This document shows positions 50,791-64,000 of a stretch of DNA of 64,000 nucleotides, piece by piece. The notes beneath the pieces were generated by a model that had not been told where the DNA came from, did not search any database, and was given only the letters and a program-made list of their open reading frames with translations. The stretch is from the NCBI GenBank assembly GCA_028534125.1, contig CM052816.1, positions 17,920,001 to 17,984,000 of the forward strand, given 5' to 3'. The translations under genes and the position numbers were made by a program. The first letter of the stretch is position 1. The number at the start of each line of letters is the position of its first letter. The DNA comes from Lama glama (Eukaryota).

Positions 50791-52689
50791 ATACAGCATT
50801 CATACAGTGCCTAGGTATTGCCTGGCACAAAGTACACACCAAGCAAATGGTAGCTGCATTTATTATTTAAAAAAAAATAAACATGCAATACTGATTTAAT
50901 TAACATGTAATTAAATGTGCTAAATATATTGCCAAAAATTAGTTTACATTTATCAAAGGTGTGTGTTAGCAGAAAAATTTCATTTGCCCATCTATGTACA
51001 TTCTAACTCAAGTAGGAAAGGAGAAAGAAACAGGTAATACAGGATTAGGCAGTGATGCTATCAATGACCAAACTGCCTCAGAGCTTCTCAAAGAACACCT
51101 ATTTCTATTCCAGCCTTAGCAAAGTCACATTTCACCTTTGTATCCCTCTTAATGGGCTATTGAGACTGAAAGAGTATTTTAAATATTCCATTCACTCCCC
51201 AGAGGAGCCAATATGACATTTCCACGGAAAGGAAACTTACACCGTATTACCTCTTAGAAGTATATAAGCTCATGACTGTACCAATTTGATAATTGAGAAA
51301 TCCAATTGGCTCTCTGTGAGGCGGGGAAAATGGATTTGAGAGGAGATGGAATTTGGGCAATGACTTTCAGGCAGCCGGTCAATAGCTCTAAGAGGCCTGA
51401 TTGATTGCAGGCAGGAGTGAGCCGAGGCAGCTGGAGAGGGGCTGGGGGTGGATGGGAGAACCAGGCTGCTGGTTGGTTGCCTCTTGCTGCTCTGCTGCAA
51501 GGGCCTGGAGGAAACTGTCTGATTCAGCTTCTTTCTTGCTGAGTCCCTGCATCCAAATACAGGCCATTTCCCTTTCCCCAGGTTAATGTCCTCTAGCCCT
51601 TGAGTGCTTTCCCCATGATGCTGTGCGTGGGGATAAGTTATGAAATGATGGCTCTAGTAATTCGTTATGAATAATTACCAAGATACTGCAATGTGCAAAT
51701 GATACTTTTTCTTTTCTTAAGTAAACTGAGATTCATGGCTGATTTTTTTTAACATTGGCAGTCTTGCTCATTTGCTTCTCAATATGCTTCCTTTAATGGA
51801 TGATAAAGTGAATTCACTATTTGTCTTATTTATTCTACAGTAAAGACTGAGAACCTCTGATTCAGAGGATGGGTCAAAGATTTCTCCCCTGACCTGATTT
51901 CCTGCCTGTTCTGAGGCCAAGCAGACCATGATTCACACTCTGAATCTGCCACTCCCTAGCCATGAAATATTGGGCAGGTGATAAAAACTCTGAGGCTCCA
52001 TTTCTTTCTCTGCCAACAGGGGCCATGAGGCATCTACTGCAGCCCCAGAAAATGTCAGGCACTTAATAGCCAGCTGTCCCCTCCCCTGGGAATAAAAGTC
52101 CCAAAAGGACCCACTGAGCAGCCCTCTATCTGCCCATAACTTGCTCCTGACTTTATTTCTCAGATGGCTCAGTAAGACAATTCTAAATAAACTCTAGTGC
52201 TTCTTATGTTTCTATTTCCTTATGTGAATTTCATGGTGGGTCTTTCCTGTCTTTCTCCAACTTCCAGTCCTTCCCGATTAATTCGCCTGGATTTGAGTTC
52301 TACATGACCAGATATAGTATCCCTACTGGAGAATACCGGTGACAAGAGTCAGGGGAGTTTCTTACTCATGGAACAGGAGATTCTAATTGCCAGACTTAAC
52401 TCACGTCCTATTGAACATACCTGAAAGCCAAAAACTTCCACTGGTTAGTGTAGGTATGTCACTTTGAGGCCACCTGCTCAGAAAGCCAGTGTGTCTGGGC
52501 ACTTTGGATAGGAAGAGAAGTGGTCTGATCCTATTGCCAGAGACAGGGACATTTACTGGTGAGGTATTTATATCAAGTGGAGCAAGAGGTCAGACTTGAG
52601 CCTGACTTACTGCCATTTGATTCTTCCTCTCCTCACTGTCCTGATGGAATTCTGAAAGAAGACCTCCTCTTCTGGGTATGACTGACTAG

Positions 52690-52917
52690 GAGAGTCCCCT
52701 TCTCCTGCAGAAAACAACTACTAATCTTAGATATAACAGAAAAGCCCAAAATCCTGAAGGTGCAAGAAAGTGAACAGGAGCAGACTGACTGGTGGGGAGT
52801 GCACACTAGCTTGGAGGAGGGAGCCAGAGAGCTATACAAATAAATTCCCACTTCCAAAGTTTTTAGCCTGGAGCTAAGCTGCATGCACAAAGACAGGTGA
52901 GGTTGCATGGAAAAAAC

Positions 52918-52948
<31 letters not shown>

Positions 52949-55845
52949 CAAAACAAAACACCCCTGCAGTCTTTCTGGTCTTGTGAATCAGAAAAGTGAG
53001 CCTTGGCAATCACAGGTTCTAAAGAGAGTGAAGGCCCTCAGAAGGGAAATAGCAGAGATCAGGGATCTCTAAACTCTGTTTACCCCTATCTCTTATCACC
53101 CTTGAATGACTCAGGCATGGAACAGATTCAGAGCAGCTAAGCTAAAGACAAAATATATACATTCAGACCAAAGCTGCTGCCCTCCAAAACAGATTTGCAA
53201 CTCAGGCCCAGCCAGAAAAACTGTTTGCTAAAACAAGAGAAGCAACAAAAATTGTGTAAAAATAACAGATTCCAAAACTTACGAAATAACATAAAAACTT
53301 CAAAAAGTAACAGATTCTTATAACTTAACATTCATAATGTCTGGGATATAGTCTGAAATTATCTGACTTTCAAAGAACCAAGAAAATGGAGCATTTTCTC
53401 AAGACAAAGAGTCAACTGAGCACAAGTCTAAGATGAACCAAATGTTGAAGCCAACATAAAAGAATTTTAAAGCAGTACAGTAAAATATTCTCAATGAAGC
53501 AAAACAAATCATGTTTCAGAAAGGGACATCTCAGCAGGGAAACAGAAATAACAAAAAATGGAAATTCTCGAAATTAAATATGCAATTTCTAAAGTTAAAA
53601 AATTCAGAGGAAAGACTTAATAGTCACATGGACATGAGAGGAAAGAGTTAAGTGAACTTGGAGATAGGACCACAGCAACTATACAAGATGAAAAAGGACT
53701 GAAAAAGAAATTTACAAAACCTTACTGAACTGTTATATGATATCAAACAGCAAACATACATATATGTGAAAGGCTACAGGAGAAAAGAGTTTCAAGGTGC
53801 AAAAAAAAAATATTTGAAGTAAACAATAATCACAAAGTAATCAAGAAAATCCCCAGTAGTTAGAAGTTAAACAACATAATTATAAGTAATCTTTGGTTCA
53901 AAAAAGAAATCACATGAGAAATTAGAAAATATGTGAACTGAATGATAATAAAAATACAAACATCAAATCTTGAGATGCAGCTAAAGCAATGCTTAGAGGA
54001 ATGTTAAAAGTTTAAAAGGCTGTATTACTAAAGAAAGGAATCAAATTGATGATCTAAACTTCCATCTTAAGAAACTAAAAAAAGAAGACCAAATTAAACA
54101 CCAAGCAAGACAGAATGAGATAAAAACAAGAGAAGTTAATAAAATAGACCCAAGAAAAAAACAGAAAACTTGAACAGACCTACATTACTTAAGATAATCT
54201 ACAGATACAATTATATATGTAAAAGACTCAAAGTAACCCACAGAAAAATCATTAAAATTAATAATTAAGTTTAGAAAAATTGCTGGTTATAAGATGAGAA
54301 TACAAACATTAACTGCATTTCTATATATCAGTTAAAAAGTGAAATTTTAAAAGAAAATTTATAGTAACATTAAAAGGATCAAATATCTAGGAATAACTGA
54401 TGTGTAAGAGATTCAAATAGAAAACTATCAACATTATTGAGAGAAATTAAGACCTTACTGAAAAAAAAAAAAAAGATACGCATGTTCCTGAATTTGAAAA
54501 CTCAAATTATACAGAAATCAGTTCCCCCCAAATTTCATCTATAAATCTAATGAAATTCCAACCAAGACACCAATAGGTGTGTGTGTATGTGTGTAACTAG
54601 ATAAAGTGATTCTTAAATGCATATAGAAATTGAAAAAAAGAAAAGCCAAGACACTCTTGAAGAAAAAAAGATCTACTTGAAGAAATCAAGATCTACTGTA
54701 AAGTTACCACTGTAGAATTACTACAGTAATTTTTCCAATATGGTAGTGAATCAAGGAGAGACAAACAACTCACTGGAGTAGAATAGAGAGCTCAAAAAGA
54801 GATCCAGGCATATATGGACACAAACAAAAGGTAGCATTGCAGAGCAGAGCAGCGGGGGAAATGACAGACTTTTTAATATATGGTGACTAGAACTACTGAA
54901 TATCTAGTGTGTGTGAGGGGGGCTCTTAACCTTACCTCACACATACATAAAAAACAATCCCAGAAGGACTGTAGATCTAAATATGAAAGGCAAAAATAAT
55001 AAAGCTTCTGGAGAAATAAGGAGAATTTCTTTGTGACCTCAAGGTACAGAAAGATTTCTTAGCTCGACAGCAAAAACACTAACCATAGTTAAAAAAAAAA
55101 AAAAAGAATGACAATTTTGACTACATTAAAAGTAAGGACTTCTACCATTAACGACACTCCTATGGGCATGAAATGGCCAAAAGAAAAGACATTTGTAGTA
55201 CGGTAACAGACAAACTGTATTTAGGACATACAAAAAGTTCTCAGACAAATAGACGAAGAATATTAAAAAAAAAAAAAAAAACGAGATGAGCAGGGGATTC
55301 ACAAAAAAAGTTATCCAAATAGTTAAAATCCACATGAAAAAGTGTTTAACCACATGAGTAAACAGGAAAATGCAAATCAGTAGCACTATGAGATCCCACT
55401 GTTCACTCATGAGAATGTTATACAAGGAAAATAAACAAGCGCTCCACACAGCAATATGGCTGAATCTCACAGACATAATGCCGAGCAGGAGAAATCAGAT
55501 GGGTAACACCACATGCTATACGATTCCATTTATTAAAAACTTTAGAACAGATAAAACTCGAGTGCATTGGGACAAACTGAACTGACAAAACTATAATGAA
55601 AAGTAATGAAGTGACAACTGTAAAAGCCAGGATGGTAGGTTTTTTTGCGGGGGTGGTGGTGAGGAGAGAGATTAGGCAGGAACCTGAAAATGAACTTTTG
55701 GGGTGCTGGCTATGTTCTTTTTCTTGACCTGGATACTGGGTATATGTTTCTCTGTTTTTTGATAATGTATTGAGTTATATACATTTTCTTTACATTTTTC
55801 TCATGGGTATTACATTTCATAATGAATAAGTAGAAAAAAAAAAAA
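52690..55845 (+). mobile_element. Old L1M with 5' region, ORF1 and internally deleted ORF2, 3' UTR and poly(A)
   Basis: ORF1 motifs (aagagttaagtgaacttggagatagg), ORF2 pieces (gagatgcagctaaagcaatgcttagagga, attgctggttataagat), L1M 3' end and A-run ~55833-55845. Confidence 0.7.
52911..52960. repeat. (AAAAC)n microsatellite
   Basis: Direct inspection. Confidence 0.95.
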
Positions 55846-55869
55846 GAGGGAGTGGGCATGCTTCTTTCC

Positions 55870-56068
55870 TCCTTCCTCAGTGGAGGAAGAAGGCTACTTA
55901 GTACAGACAGCAGAGGGAAAATAGGGCCCCTGATCATCGTGGAGATGCCAGATCAGCCCTGGACCACCTCCGAACTATTACACAACAGAGAAACCAACTT
56001 CGATCTTATTGAAGTCACCATTTAGGAGATGCCTGTTCCTTGCAGCCAAACCTAATGCTAACTTCTAC
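55870..56068 (+). mobile_element. MLT1J/K-like MaLR LTR 3' part
   Basis: ccctgatcatcgtggag...cagccctggaccacctcc...cttgcagccaaacctaatgctaacttctaca. Confidence 0.6.
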
Positions 56069-57889
56069 AAGATAAGCTTTAGATGCAATTCAACTCACAT
56101 GTGGCAATTGCCTGTTGTATGTTAGGCCCAATGCTTAGTTCTGGGGACAGCAAGAGGAATAATGATCTTGTAGGCTATAGGAGACCAAGAAAAGTGAGAC
56201 ACACACTAAAAGATCAGAGAGAAGCCTTTAGACAATCAAGATTTGAACTGGGCTATTCTCTATTTGAGAAGAGCTTATATCAGCTGCTAAACATCCAGTG
56301 TAGTTCCTACCTCGTAAGCTTCTCTTGTGCTATGGAAGGCTGGTCTTATGATCACTGCTGAAAAGGAGGGTTGTTTTTATTAAAACTGGCCATAGGCCAA
56401 GTCTTTGCTTAAAATGGGCTTCATGGATCTTTTCAAGTCTCCCTGGATTGGCAGTCAGACAAGGACCCTGAAAGATTTATTTTTCAGAACTGAGCTTCAT
56501 ATAGTTTTGTGTGGGGGGCACGGGGTCTCAAACTGAGCACTGAGCAGAAAACAAGGAGAGGTCTCACTCATTCCCAGAATCAGACGAAGCTCAGGTTAGT
56601 TTAAAGTGAAGCAAGTCAAAGTTGCTTTTAAATACATAAATCCAATAAGCCAGTTGGACTCAGGACTAAATCTGTATCTTTTCTCGAATTATTCAACCAG
56701 AAAATCAAAATATTCCCAAAACTGAATCTGAATTGAATTGTACTATTATTTCATTTGGTTCAAGTCCCTGGATTGCGGAAGGAGGGGAGGGCCATGCTGG
56801 TGCAGGTGGGGGCTTAAAAGAGGGAGCTGATGTGGGTGGCAGAAGATTCCATGAGCCTGCTTGTGTTTGGAATGTAAAACAAAACCCTGTCAGGGATCTG
56901 ACATGCAGGAGCTCCGGCTGCACGCACACAATTCAGTCATCAAAGAGGAAGATGACCTATATTTGTCTGTACAGACTTTGCATTTGCCGTTTAATCAGTG
57001 CTCGAGAGATCAGCTGCGGTCCAGGGAAGATAGCAGAGTCTGGCCTTGTGCTTAGTGCTCCCAGAGATGGGCAGCCTACCTGACAGGCATAATTTGTTAC
57101 GCAGAGAATGCAATGTTCTCCTCTGGAAATACACTCCTGAGGCATAGCAAAGAAAGTGAGGCACTATTCCCAATGCTCAACTGTAGTTGTAGCGTTTGAT
57201 CAAGGCAGGGTTTCACCAGCACAGACACCTTGGCTGGGAACACAATGTATTGTAATGCAAATGGATTCAATCCTTCTTAGGGGATCAGGAGCTTTTCAAA
57301 AAGGTGTAAGAGGAGGGAACAAATGGCTGCTAAAAGCAAAATACAGAAATAAAACGAAGCCGTGTCACAGCATCTCGTCTCTGTGAGTACCACAGTTTCC
57401 TAAAATCAGAAATAACTTTGACTTATGCTGTGCTGGGGCTCAGGGAAGAAACCCAATGGGCAGGCCCTCTGCCCTAGTCCCACCTGCCAAAGCCAAAAAG
57501 GCCAGAGTGAAAAGGGAGCCAGATGTGGCGGGATGAGCCCCTGATGACAGGTGTGAGGGTGGTTCCGAACATCCACCCTCTACAGATGGAACCTGCACAT
57601 CACACCTCACACTGTGTCAGGCACTGAGTGTGTGATTAGAGAAGGAAAAGTACTGGTTCTCATGTCCCTCAGAGTGTGTCCTTGTCTGAGGGAGTGCGGA
57701 CAGGAATGGCTGAGCCCTGCAGGTCCAGCCCCAAGACTTTTCCCATATTTGTGCCTGGCTTTAAGACTGCTGAGATGGATTAGCTAATGAAGATATGCAG
57801 AAGGAAAGCATTAGTATGACCCAGTGGCCACAGAACCATGTCCTGATCTCATCCTGCAGCTCCAAAGACAGGACAAGGCAGTGAGAAAG

Positions 57890-58530
57890 AGGCCATACTG
57901 TTCCCCCTGTTTGAAAACCCTTGCTGTTTTCCGATGCTCTTTGGATCAAGCTTAAAATCCGTGCCTTGTCCCCCAAGTCTGCACACATCTCCAGCCGGGT
58001 CACCCTCTGTCTTCTCCACCACAACATCAGCTTCGTCTCAGTTTTTCTAACTTGCCAAACTCCTGTGCACACCAGGGCCTTTTTATCTGTTGTCCTCTCT
58101 GCCCAACATTCTGCCTTTTGCCTGGTCAAATAGCCCCAATCCTCACAACCCGGCCTGTCACTTCGCTGGGGGGTCTTCCCTCAGGCCTTTCTCTACCCAT
58201 TGCAGATCAAGTCCCTGCTCCATTGGCCTACTGCCCCCTTAACACAGCCTTCTTAGCACTTACTCCAATTGTAATTACAAATATCTGTATAATTACTTGG
58301 GTTTATTTTATCTATTTTCTGAGGTAGAGTTGATTTACAATGTTGTGTTAATTTCTGGTATACAACACAGTGATTCATTTATACATATATATATATATTC
58401 CTTTTCATATTCTTTATCACTATAGGTTACATATTTATTTGTAAAGTGTCTTTCCTGCTGCATTGTAAGCTTTGTCAGTGCAGGGACTGCATGGCTTTTA
58501 CTTACCACCCCCTAGCACAGTACCTAGCTG
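57890..58530 (+). mobile_element. L2 3' region interrupted by a minus-strand L1 3' end (~58305-58430)
   Basis: L2 motifs (cagggccttttt, aggcctttctctacc, tgtaagctttgtcagtgcaggga, cctagcacag). Insert gttgatttacaatgttgtgttaatttctggtatacaacacagtgattc. Confidence 0.65.
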
Positions 58531-58539
58531 TTATTTATC

Positions 58540-58770
58540 ACAACATTTTACATTTGTCAGATACTTTCCATCTTCTTATTGTGTTAATTTAACCCTCATG
58601 ATCACCTGAAAGTAATTACCATTGGTACACTGTCTTTGCAGATGAGTTTGGGGACCAGAGAGGTTAAGTTACTTCCTCAAGGTGACCCAGCCAGCAAGTA
58701 CCTGAGGACTAAGAATCTAAACCCAGACAGTGAAGCTTCAAAGTCTACGGTCTCAGAAACTACACTGCAG
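58540..58770 (-). mobile_element. MIR SINE
   Basis: ttgcagatgag...cagagaggttaagttacttcctcaaggtgacccagcc. Confidence 0.7.
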
Positions 58771-58899
58771 TGGCTTCAAAAAGATTTGTCGAACGAATGA
58801 GTTTATAAATGAATGAATGAACCTGAACTGGCATGTTTGTGAGACTAACCAGCCAACAGAGATACGTGTGGGAGGGGCGTTTTCTCTCTCTCTGTTACA

Positions 58900-59055
58900 T
58901 ATGCTAACATTTACTGCATGTTTATTACAAGCACGTTCCCTTCCTTTGCTGATAAAGAAACTGAGGAGGCTTCAAGAGTATAGTAACAAGTTACATAGCT
59001 AACAAGTAGCAGAATTTGGATTCCAAACCCTCTGAAACACTATATCATGCTGCCT
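58900..59055 (-). mobile_element. MIR SINE fragment
   Basis: gataaagaaactgagg...caagttacatagctaacaagtagcagaat. Confidence 0.6.
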
Positions 59056-60494
59056 TCCACATAAATCAGAAATAACAAACACTGTGTAAGAATAAAGAGA
59101 GAGTGCCACACTTGTGGATTTTAGTCACGTGCACCCAGGCACACAGACAAAGCCCTTTCAAATGAAAGAGCAAAGTGGATGGGATTTAGATTCCTTTCTC
59201 CCCTTCCTTTATGAATTCAACCCAAGTTAAGGCATAGAAATTGGCCACTGATGACAGCTGGAATCTTGCACTGGCAGACAAAGAATCTTATCCTTAATGC
59301 TCAAGACAGAAGCCCTTGGCATCTCAGAGCAAGAGTCTCTTAGCAGGGATTCCATCTCCTCTTTTGCTAGGTCTTACCTCCTTCCCCAAATCCTCACCCC
59401 TCCTCTTTCTCCCAATTGCTCATTTGTGCTGCCCTTGTCTCTTTCACCAATTCTGGCACATGAATGAGGACTTAAAGGAGCACCAGTCAGTCCTCTTGGA
59501 TTGCCAGAGCTCACCTTTGTGGGCAGGCAGGGCACTGATGTGAAGGCTCTTCATTCATTCAGCAAATGTGAACTGAGGTCTTGTGACGCAGCATGTCCTG
59601 GGGTGCACAGTGTTGAAATGTAACAGTGAACAGTACAATCCCTGCCACCACAGAGACACTGCATCCCAAGGCAGATGAGAGACTGTCACAAAGCAACTGG
59701 TCACATAGTTGACTATGGAATTCCAGGACAAGGTGATGTGAAGCATCACACAAAGATGCCTCCCCTTCTCTACCCCATTACCCACTGGTCCCTTCCCCCA
59801 GCCAATACCCAGTTATAGAAGAGCAAGCTCATAGCTGATAACCAGAGAGTTTAAATCCTTCGTCTACTAACTGAAAAGAAATACACTTCCTGGGACCAGA
59901 CTCTTTCAACCTGCTCCAAGTAGAAAATGAATCCTCACTGGTTTGGTGGGTTCGGCCATCAAGCCACAGGGAAACAAGGCTGGAAGACGGAGGAGAGGAG
60001 CTTTGGGGAGATTCGACAAGGAGGACGAATCACCTATCTGGGCTCTTTTCCCCTCTCTGGGTGACCTCATGAGAATGTTCTTGACACCTTGGGAGTGACT
60101 ACAAACATAGGGTCTGGTACTTGCTTCTCAACTGGTACTTCCTGAGCAGCATTCCTGTGCGGAAATAAAGCAGCAGAGGCGGCAGAGGGGCAGAGTGAGA
60201 AAGAAGGTAGCAAAGTTAGATCCCTAACCTCCTGCAAGCCCAAGCTGGCACAGCAGACTCCTGCGGGCCTGGAGCAGGTGAGACAGTAACAAGGATGTGG
60301 GCCAGTGTGCCAGGCAGCAGCAAAGACCCTCAGCAGGGCGAAGACCAACGCAGAGAGCATAACAAAGCCTGGTGGAAACATCCATGCCTCCAGTTCCAGG
60401 AGGGAGGGGAAGGAGTACCCAGAGAGGCCCCCATACATAGATCCCTCCTCGTCCTTTCTGGTCTAATGGTGTGAGGCCTCAAAATACTTCAAAT

Positions 60495-60537
60495 TGTGTG
60501 TGTGTGTGTGTGTGTGTGCATGTGTGTGTGTGTGTGT
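60495..60537. repeat. Interrupted (TG)n microsatellite
   Basis: Direct inspection. Confidence 0.95.
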
Positions 60538-60908
60538 AAAAAACCTGGACGGAAAGCTCTGGATTGGGGATGGTTCCTAAATAATGACAGAATGTAAATT
60601 TGACTCTATACCTGGGCAAGACTTCTAATCTATAAATGACCAAAATGCTATATAGGCTGAATGGAATATAGTGGATTAGGCTGAATTTAATTTTCCCTCT
60701 GCCAAGTAGAGACATATGGGCTTGTCTGGGCTGGTCTTTTCCTGCTCTAGAAACCAGAATTTGCCCCAAACCAGAGACTGGCCCCATCCCTCTTTGCCAG
60801 CTCTGGCTGGTGCCTCTATGTGTCTAATGTTGGTCACTTGTGGGCACCACCACTGAATCAAGATGGGCCAAAGCTATGGGTCTCTGGCTTCAAAATAAGC
60901 TCAGTTTC

Positions 60909-62498
60909 AGCAATACTGAAGAAAAAGAACAAAGCTGGAGGAATAGCCCTCCTAGACTTCAGACAATACTACAGAGCTACAGTAATCAAAACAGCACAGT
61001 ATTGGCATAAAAACAGACATATGGATCAATGGACCAAAATAGAGAGCCCAGAAATAAACCTACACATCTATGGTCAATTAATTTTTGACAAAGTAGGCAA
61101 GAATATACAATAGAGAAAGGACAGTCTCTTCAACAAGTGGTGTTGGGAAAACTGGACAGCAACATGTAAATCAATGAAGCTAGAACACTCCCTCACACCA
61201 TACACAAAAATAAACTCAAAATGGCTTAAAGTCTTAAACATAAGACAAGATACTATAAAACTTCTAGAAGAGAACATAGGCAAAACAGTCTCTGACATAA
61301 ATCTTAGCAATGTTCTCCTAGGGCTGTCTACCCAAGCAATAGAAATAAGAGCAAAAATAAACAAATGAGACCTAATTAAACTTTTGCACAGTAAAGGAAA
61401 CCATAAGCAAAACAAAATGACAACCTATGGAATGGGAGAAAACATTTGCAACTGATGTGACAAAGGCTTAATTTCCAGAATATATAAACAGCTCGTGCAA
61501 CTTAATAACAACAACAACAACAAGAAAACAAACAACCCAATCCAAAAATGGGCATAAGAACTAAACAAGCAATTCTCCAATGGAGATATACAAATGGCCA
61601 ATAGGCACATGGAAAAATGCTCAATATCGCTAATTATCAGAGAAATGCAAATCAAAACTGTAATGAGGTATCATCTCACACCAGTCAGAATGGCCATCAT
61701 TCAAAAGTCCATAAATGATAAATGTTGGAGAGGGCGTGGAAAAAAGGGAACCCTCCTACACTGCTGGTGGGAATGCAGTTTGGTGCAGCCATTATGGAAA
61801 ACAGTATGGAGATTCCTCAAAAACCTAAAAATAGACTTACCATATGGTCCAGCAATCCCACTCCTGAGCATATATCCACAGGGAACCTTAACTCAAACAG
61901 ATACATGCATCCCAATGTTCACAGCAGCACTATACACAATAGCCAAGATATGGAAACAACCTAAACTCCACTGACAGATGACTAGATAAAGAGGCTGTGG
62001 TATATTTACAGAATAGAATACTACTCAGCAAAAAAGAAGAATAAAATAATGCCACCTATAGCAACGTGGATGGACCTAGACATTATCATTCTAAGTGAAG
62101 TAAGCCAGAAAGAGAAAGAAAAATATCATATGGGATCACTCATATGTTGAATCTAAAAAAAAAGAAAAAAGAGGACACTAAAGAACTCATCTACAAAACA
62201 GACACAGACTTGGAAATAGCAAACAATCTTACGGTTATCGGGGTAAATGGGGTGGGAAGGGATAAATTTTGGAGTTTGAGATTTGCAGATGTTAGCCACT
62301 ATATTTAAAAATAGATTTAAAAAAAGGTTTCTTCTGTATAGCACAGGGAACTATACTTAATATCCTGTAATAACGTCAATGAAAAAGAATATGAAAGTGA
62401 ATATATGTATGTATATGCATGATTGGGACTTTGTGCTGTATACCAGAAATTGACACATTGTAACTGACTATACTTCAATAAAAAAATAAATAAATAAA
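60909..62498 (+). mobile_element. Cetartiodactyl/camelid-type L1, 5'-truncated (ORF2 C-terminus and 3' UTR)
   Basis: ORF2 fragments ([26 protein letters not shown]...LLHCWWEC zinc knuckle in 61594-61974). AATAAA 62477-62482 and (TAAA)n tail. In-frame stops. Confidence 0.92.
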
Positions 62499-62919
62499 CT
62501 GTCTCTGCACAGGGCCAGAAATAGGGAATATGGGGAGCAGGGAATGAACTAAATTTTCAGAAGCAGTTTATGCATCTAAGCCCACAGATCCAAAAATGCA
62601 GCTTGTAGCAGACAGTTTCAAAAATTTCCAACACAGCTTCTCCAGAGTGAAGAGCTCTCCTCTGCTTCAAAGAATCTCATCTTTCTGATTTTCCTTAGGA
62701 GATGAATGTAACAAAACGAAGCCATCAGGGTGCCCACTGGGCAGGTAGACCACAGCCTAGTAATTCATTTACATAAGACCTTTGCTAAGAGACCACAAAG
62801 TCCTCTTACAACTAAGGCTTTATCATAAAAATGACTACAGGTTCCCTGAAGACCAGATGAAATAAAATCCAGAAATGAAAACACACCTGCAAGAGCCCCA
62901 TGTTTCCCTGTTTATCAGG

Positions 62920-63050
62920 GATGTGAGGAGGAAGTGTCTGGAGAGAAGAGGGAGGGTGAGGTTTGAGAGAGGGAAGAGAGGTGGGGAGAGAGGAGGGGAG
63001 ACAGGGAGAGAGAAGTGAGGGCAGATAAAGGTAGAGTGGAAGAAAGAAGA
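62920..63050. repeat. GA-rich low-complexity polypurine tract
   Basis: Direct inspection. Confidence 0.7.
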
Positions 63051-64000
63051 ACGCAGAATCTGAGACTTAATTTATGGATTCTGATTTTCCCATCCAACCT
63101 GTGATATTACAGGAGGCCCAGTTTCACGCCTATGATGGAAAAAATAAATAATGACAATATTTATGCTAGAGACACAAAACTATAAATAGCCTGACTCTCC
63201 ATCAATGGGACGCTGGTTGCAGCAATTATGGAAGCACATATTATGCACGGATTACATTATTAGTAGGCTGCTGGGAGTAGCATGTGGCTCTTCCAAAGAA
63301 TAAGTTTGTTTGGAATATTGAGCTAGAAAGACATTTGTTAAAGCAGAAAGAGTAAAGTTGAGGACAGTATGATCCCATTTTTGTGAACCCTCCCACCAAA
63401 AAAAAACCCCACAACAGAAACACATATACATACTTAGGGGAAAAAAATCCCTAATATTTACGAATGTGTTAGTGTGAGTAGAGAGAGAGGTGTGAGGAAT
63501 GCCCACAAAACTTAGCGATGGATACTTCTGAAAGTGTGTGTAACATGGTGGAAGCAAAGGAGGGGAGAAAAATGAGGTTTTCTTGGCACACCTCTTACTG
63601 TTTGACTTGTCACAATGAGCACACGTTACTGGAATCTGAGATGAAAAGAATAGAAAGATTTGAAATATTAACTTCCTTAGCATCTAAAATAACAACTAGT
63701 ACCGAATGACAACAGTAAGCACTGCCCTGCACGCTGTCAGGCATCTTGCCCACTGTGGACTGTTTCACCAACACCTGTCTGCATCTCACAATGACCCGAG
63801 GCCTCCATTCTGCAGACTGAGAAATGCTTAGTAAGTGGCCTAAAACTGCACCACTGGTGAGGGACATAGAGGGCTGGACTCCAGGTCGGGCCTACTGCAG
63901 AAGCCCTGGGGAAGGTACAGCCAGAGGGCTGCCAGGTACCAAGAGCTCAGGCTGGAGGCTACTGAACAGGGTATCAGGTGATGGTGCACCATTTCCTTCC

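Noticed and set aside
60880..62520. TSD around the L1 at 60909-62498
   Set aside because: Only a short A-rich partial match (aaataa.ct), not distinguishable from the tail.
1..64000. Prokaryotic-type systems, tRNA/rRNA genes, CpG-island promoter
   Set aside because: The sequence is mammalian repeat-rich DNA; I saw no operon-like ORFs, repeat-spacer arrays, structured RNA genes or extended CpG island.

Overview
Mammalian genomic DNA, most likely a cetartiodactyl and probably a camelid. This is inferred from the L1 3' UTR types and from seeing no pig PRE-1, ruminant BovB/Bov-tA or whale CHR SINEs. The first ~1.4 kb looks like the end of a 3' UTR of an unidentified + strand gene, with a canonical poly(A) site at ~1387-1430. 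The rest is repeat-dominated: decayed L1s of several ages (mostly + strand), L2, MIR, hAT/Tigger DNA-transposon relics, solo LTRs and a truncated ERV1-type provirus (5' LTR, tRNA-Gln-like PBS, gag, pro, RT, RNase H; ~25.7-31.0 kb). I found no intact protein-coding gene; the listed ORFs are retroelement fragments or chance ORFs. The most interesting object is a ~320-bp mini-L1 (17982-18298) made of an L1 5' end joined directly to an L1 3' UTR/poly(A) at an AG, consistent with a spliced or internally deleted non-autonomous L1. Also notable are a young L1 with a perfect 13-bp TSD and a short 3' transduction, fold-back repair scars, and hints of a minus-strand spliced non-coding transcript. Repeat family names come from recalled consensus sequences, not a database search, and boundaries of old repeats are approximate.
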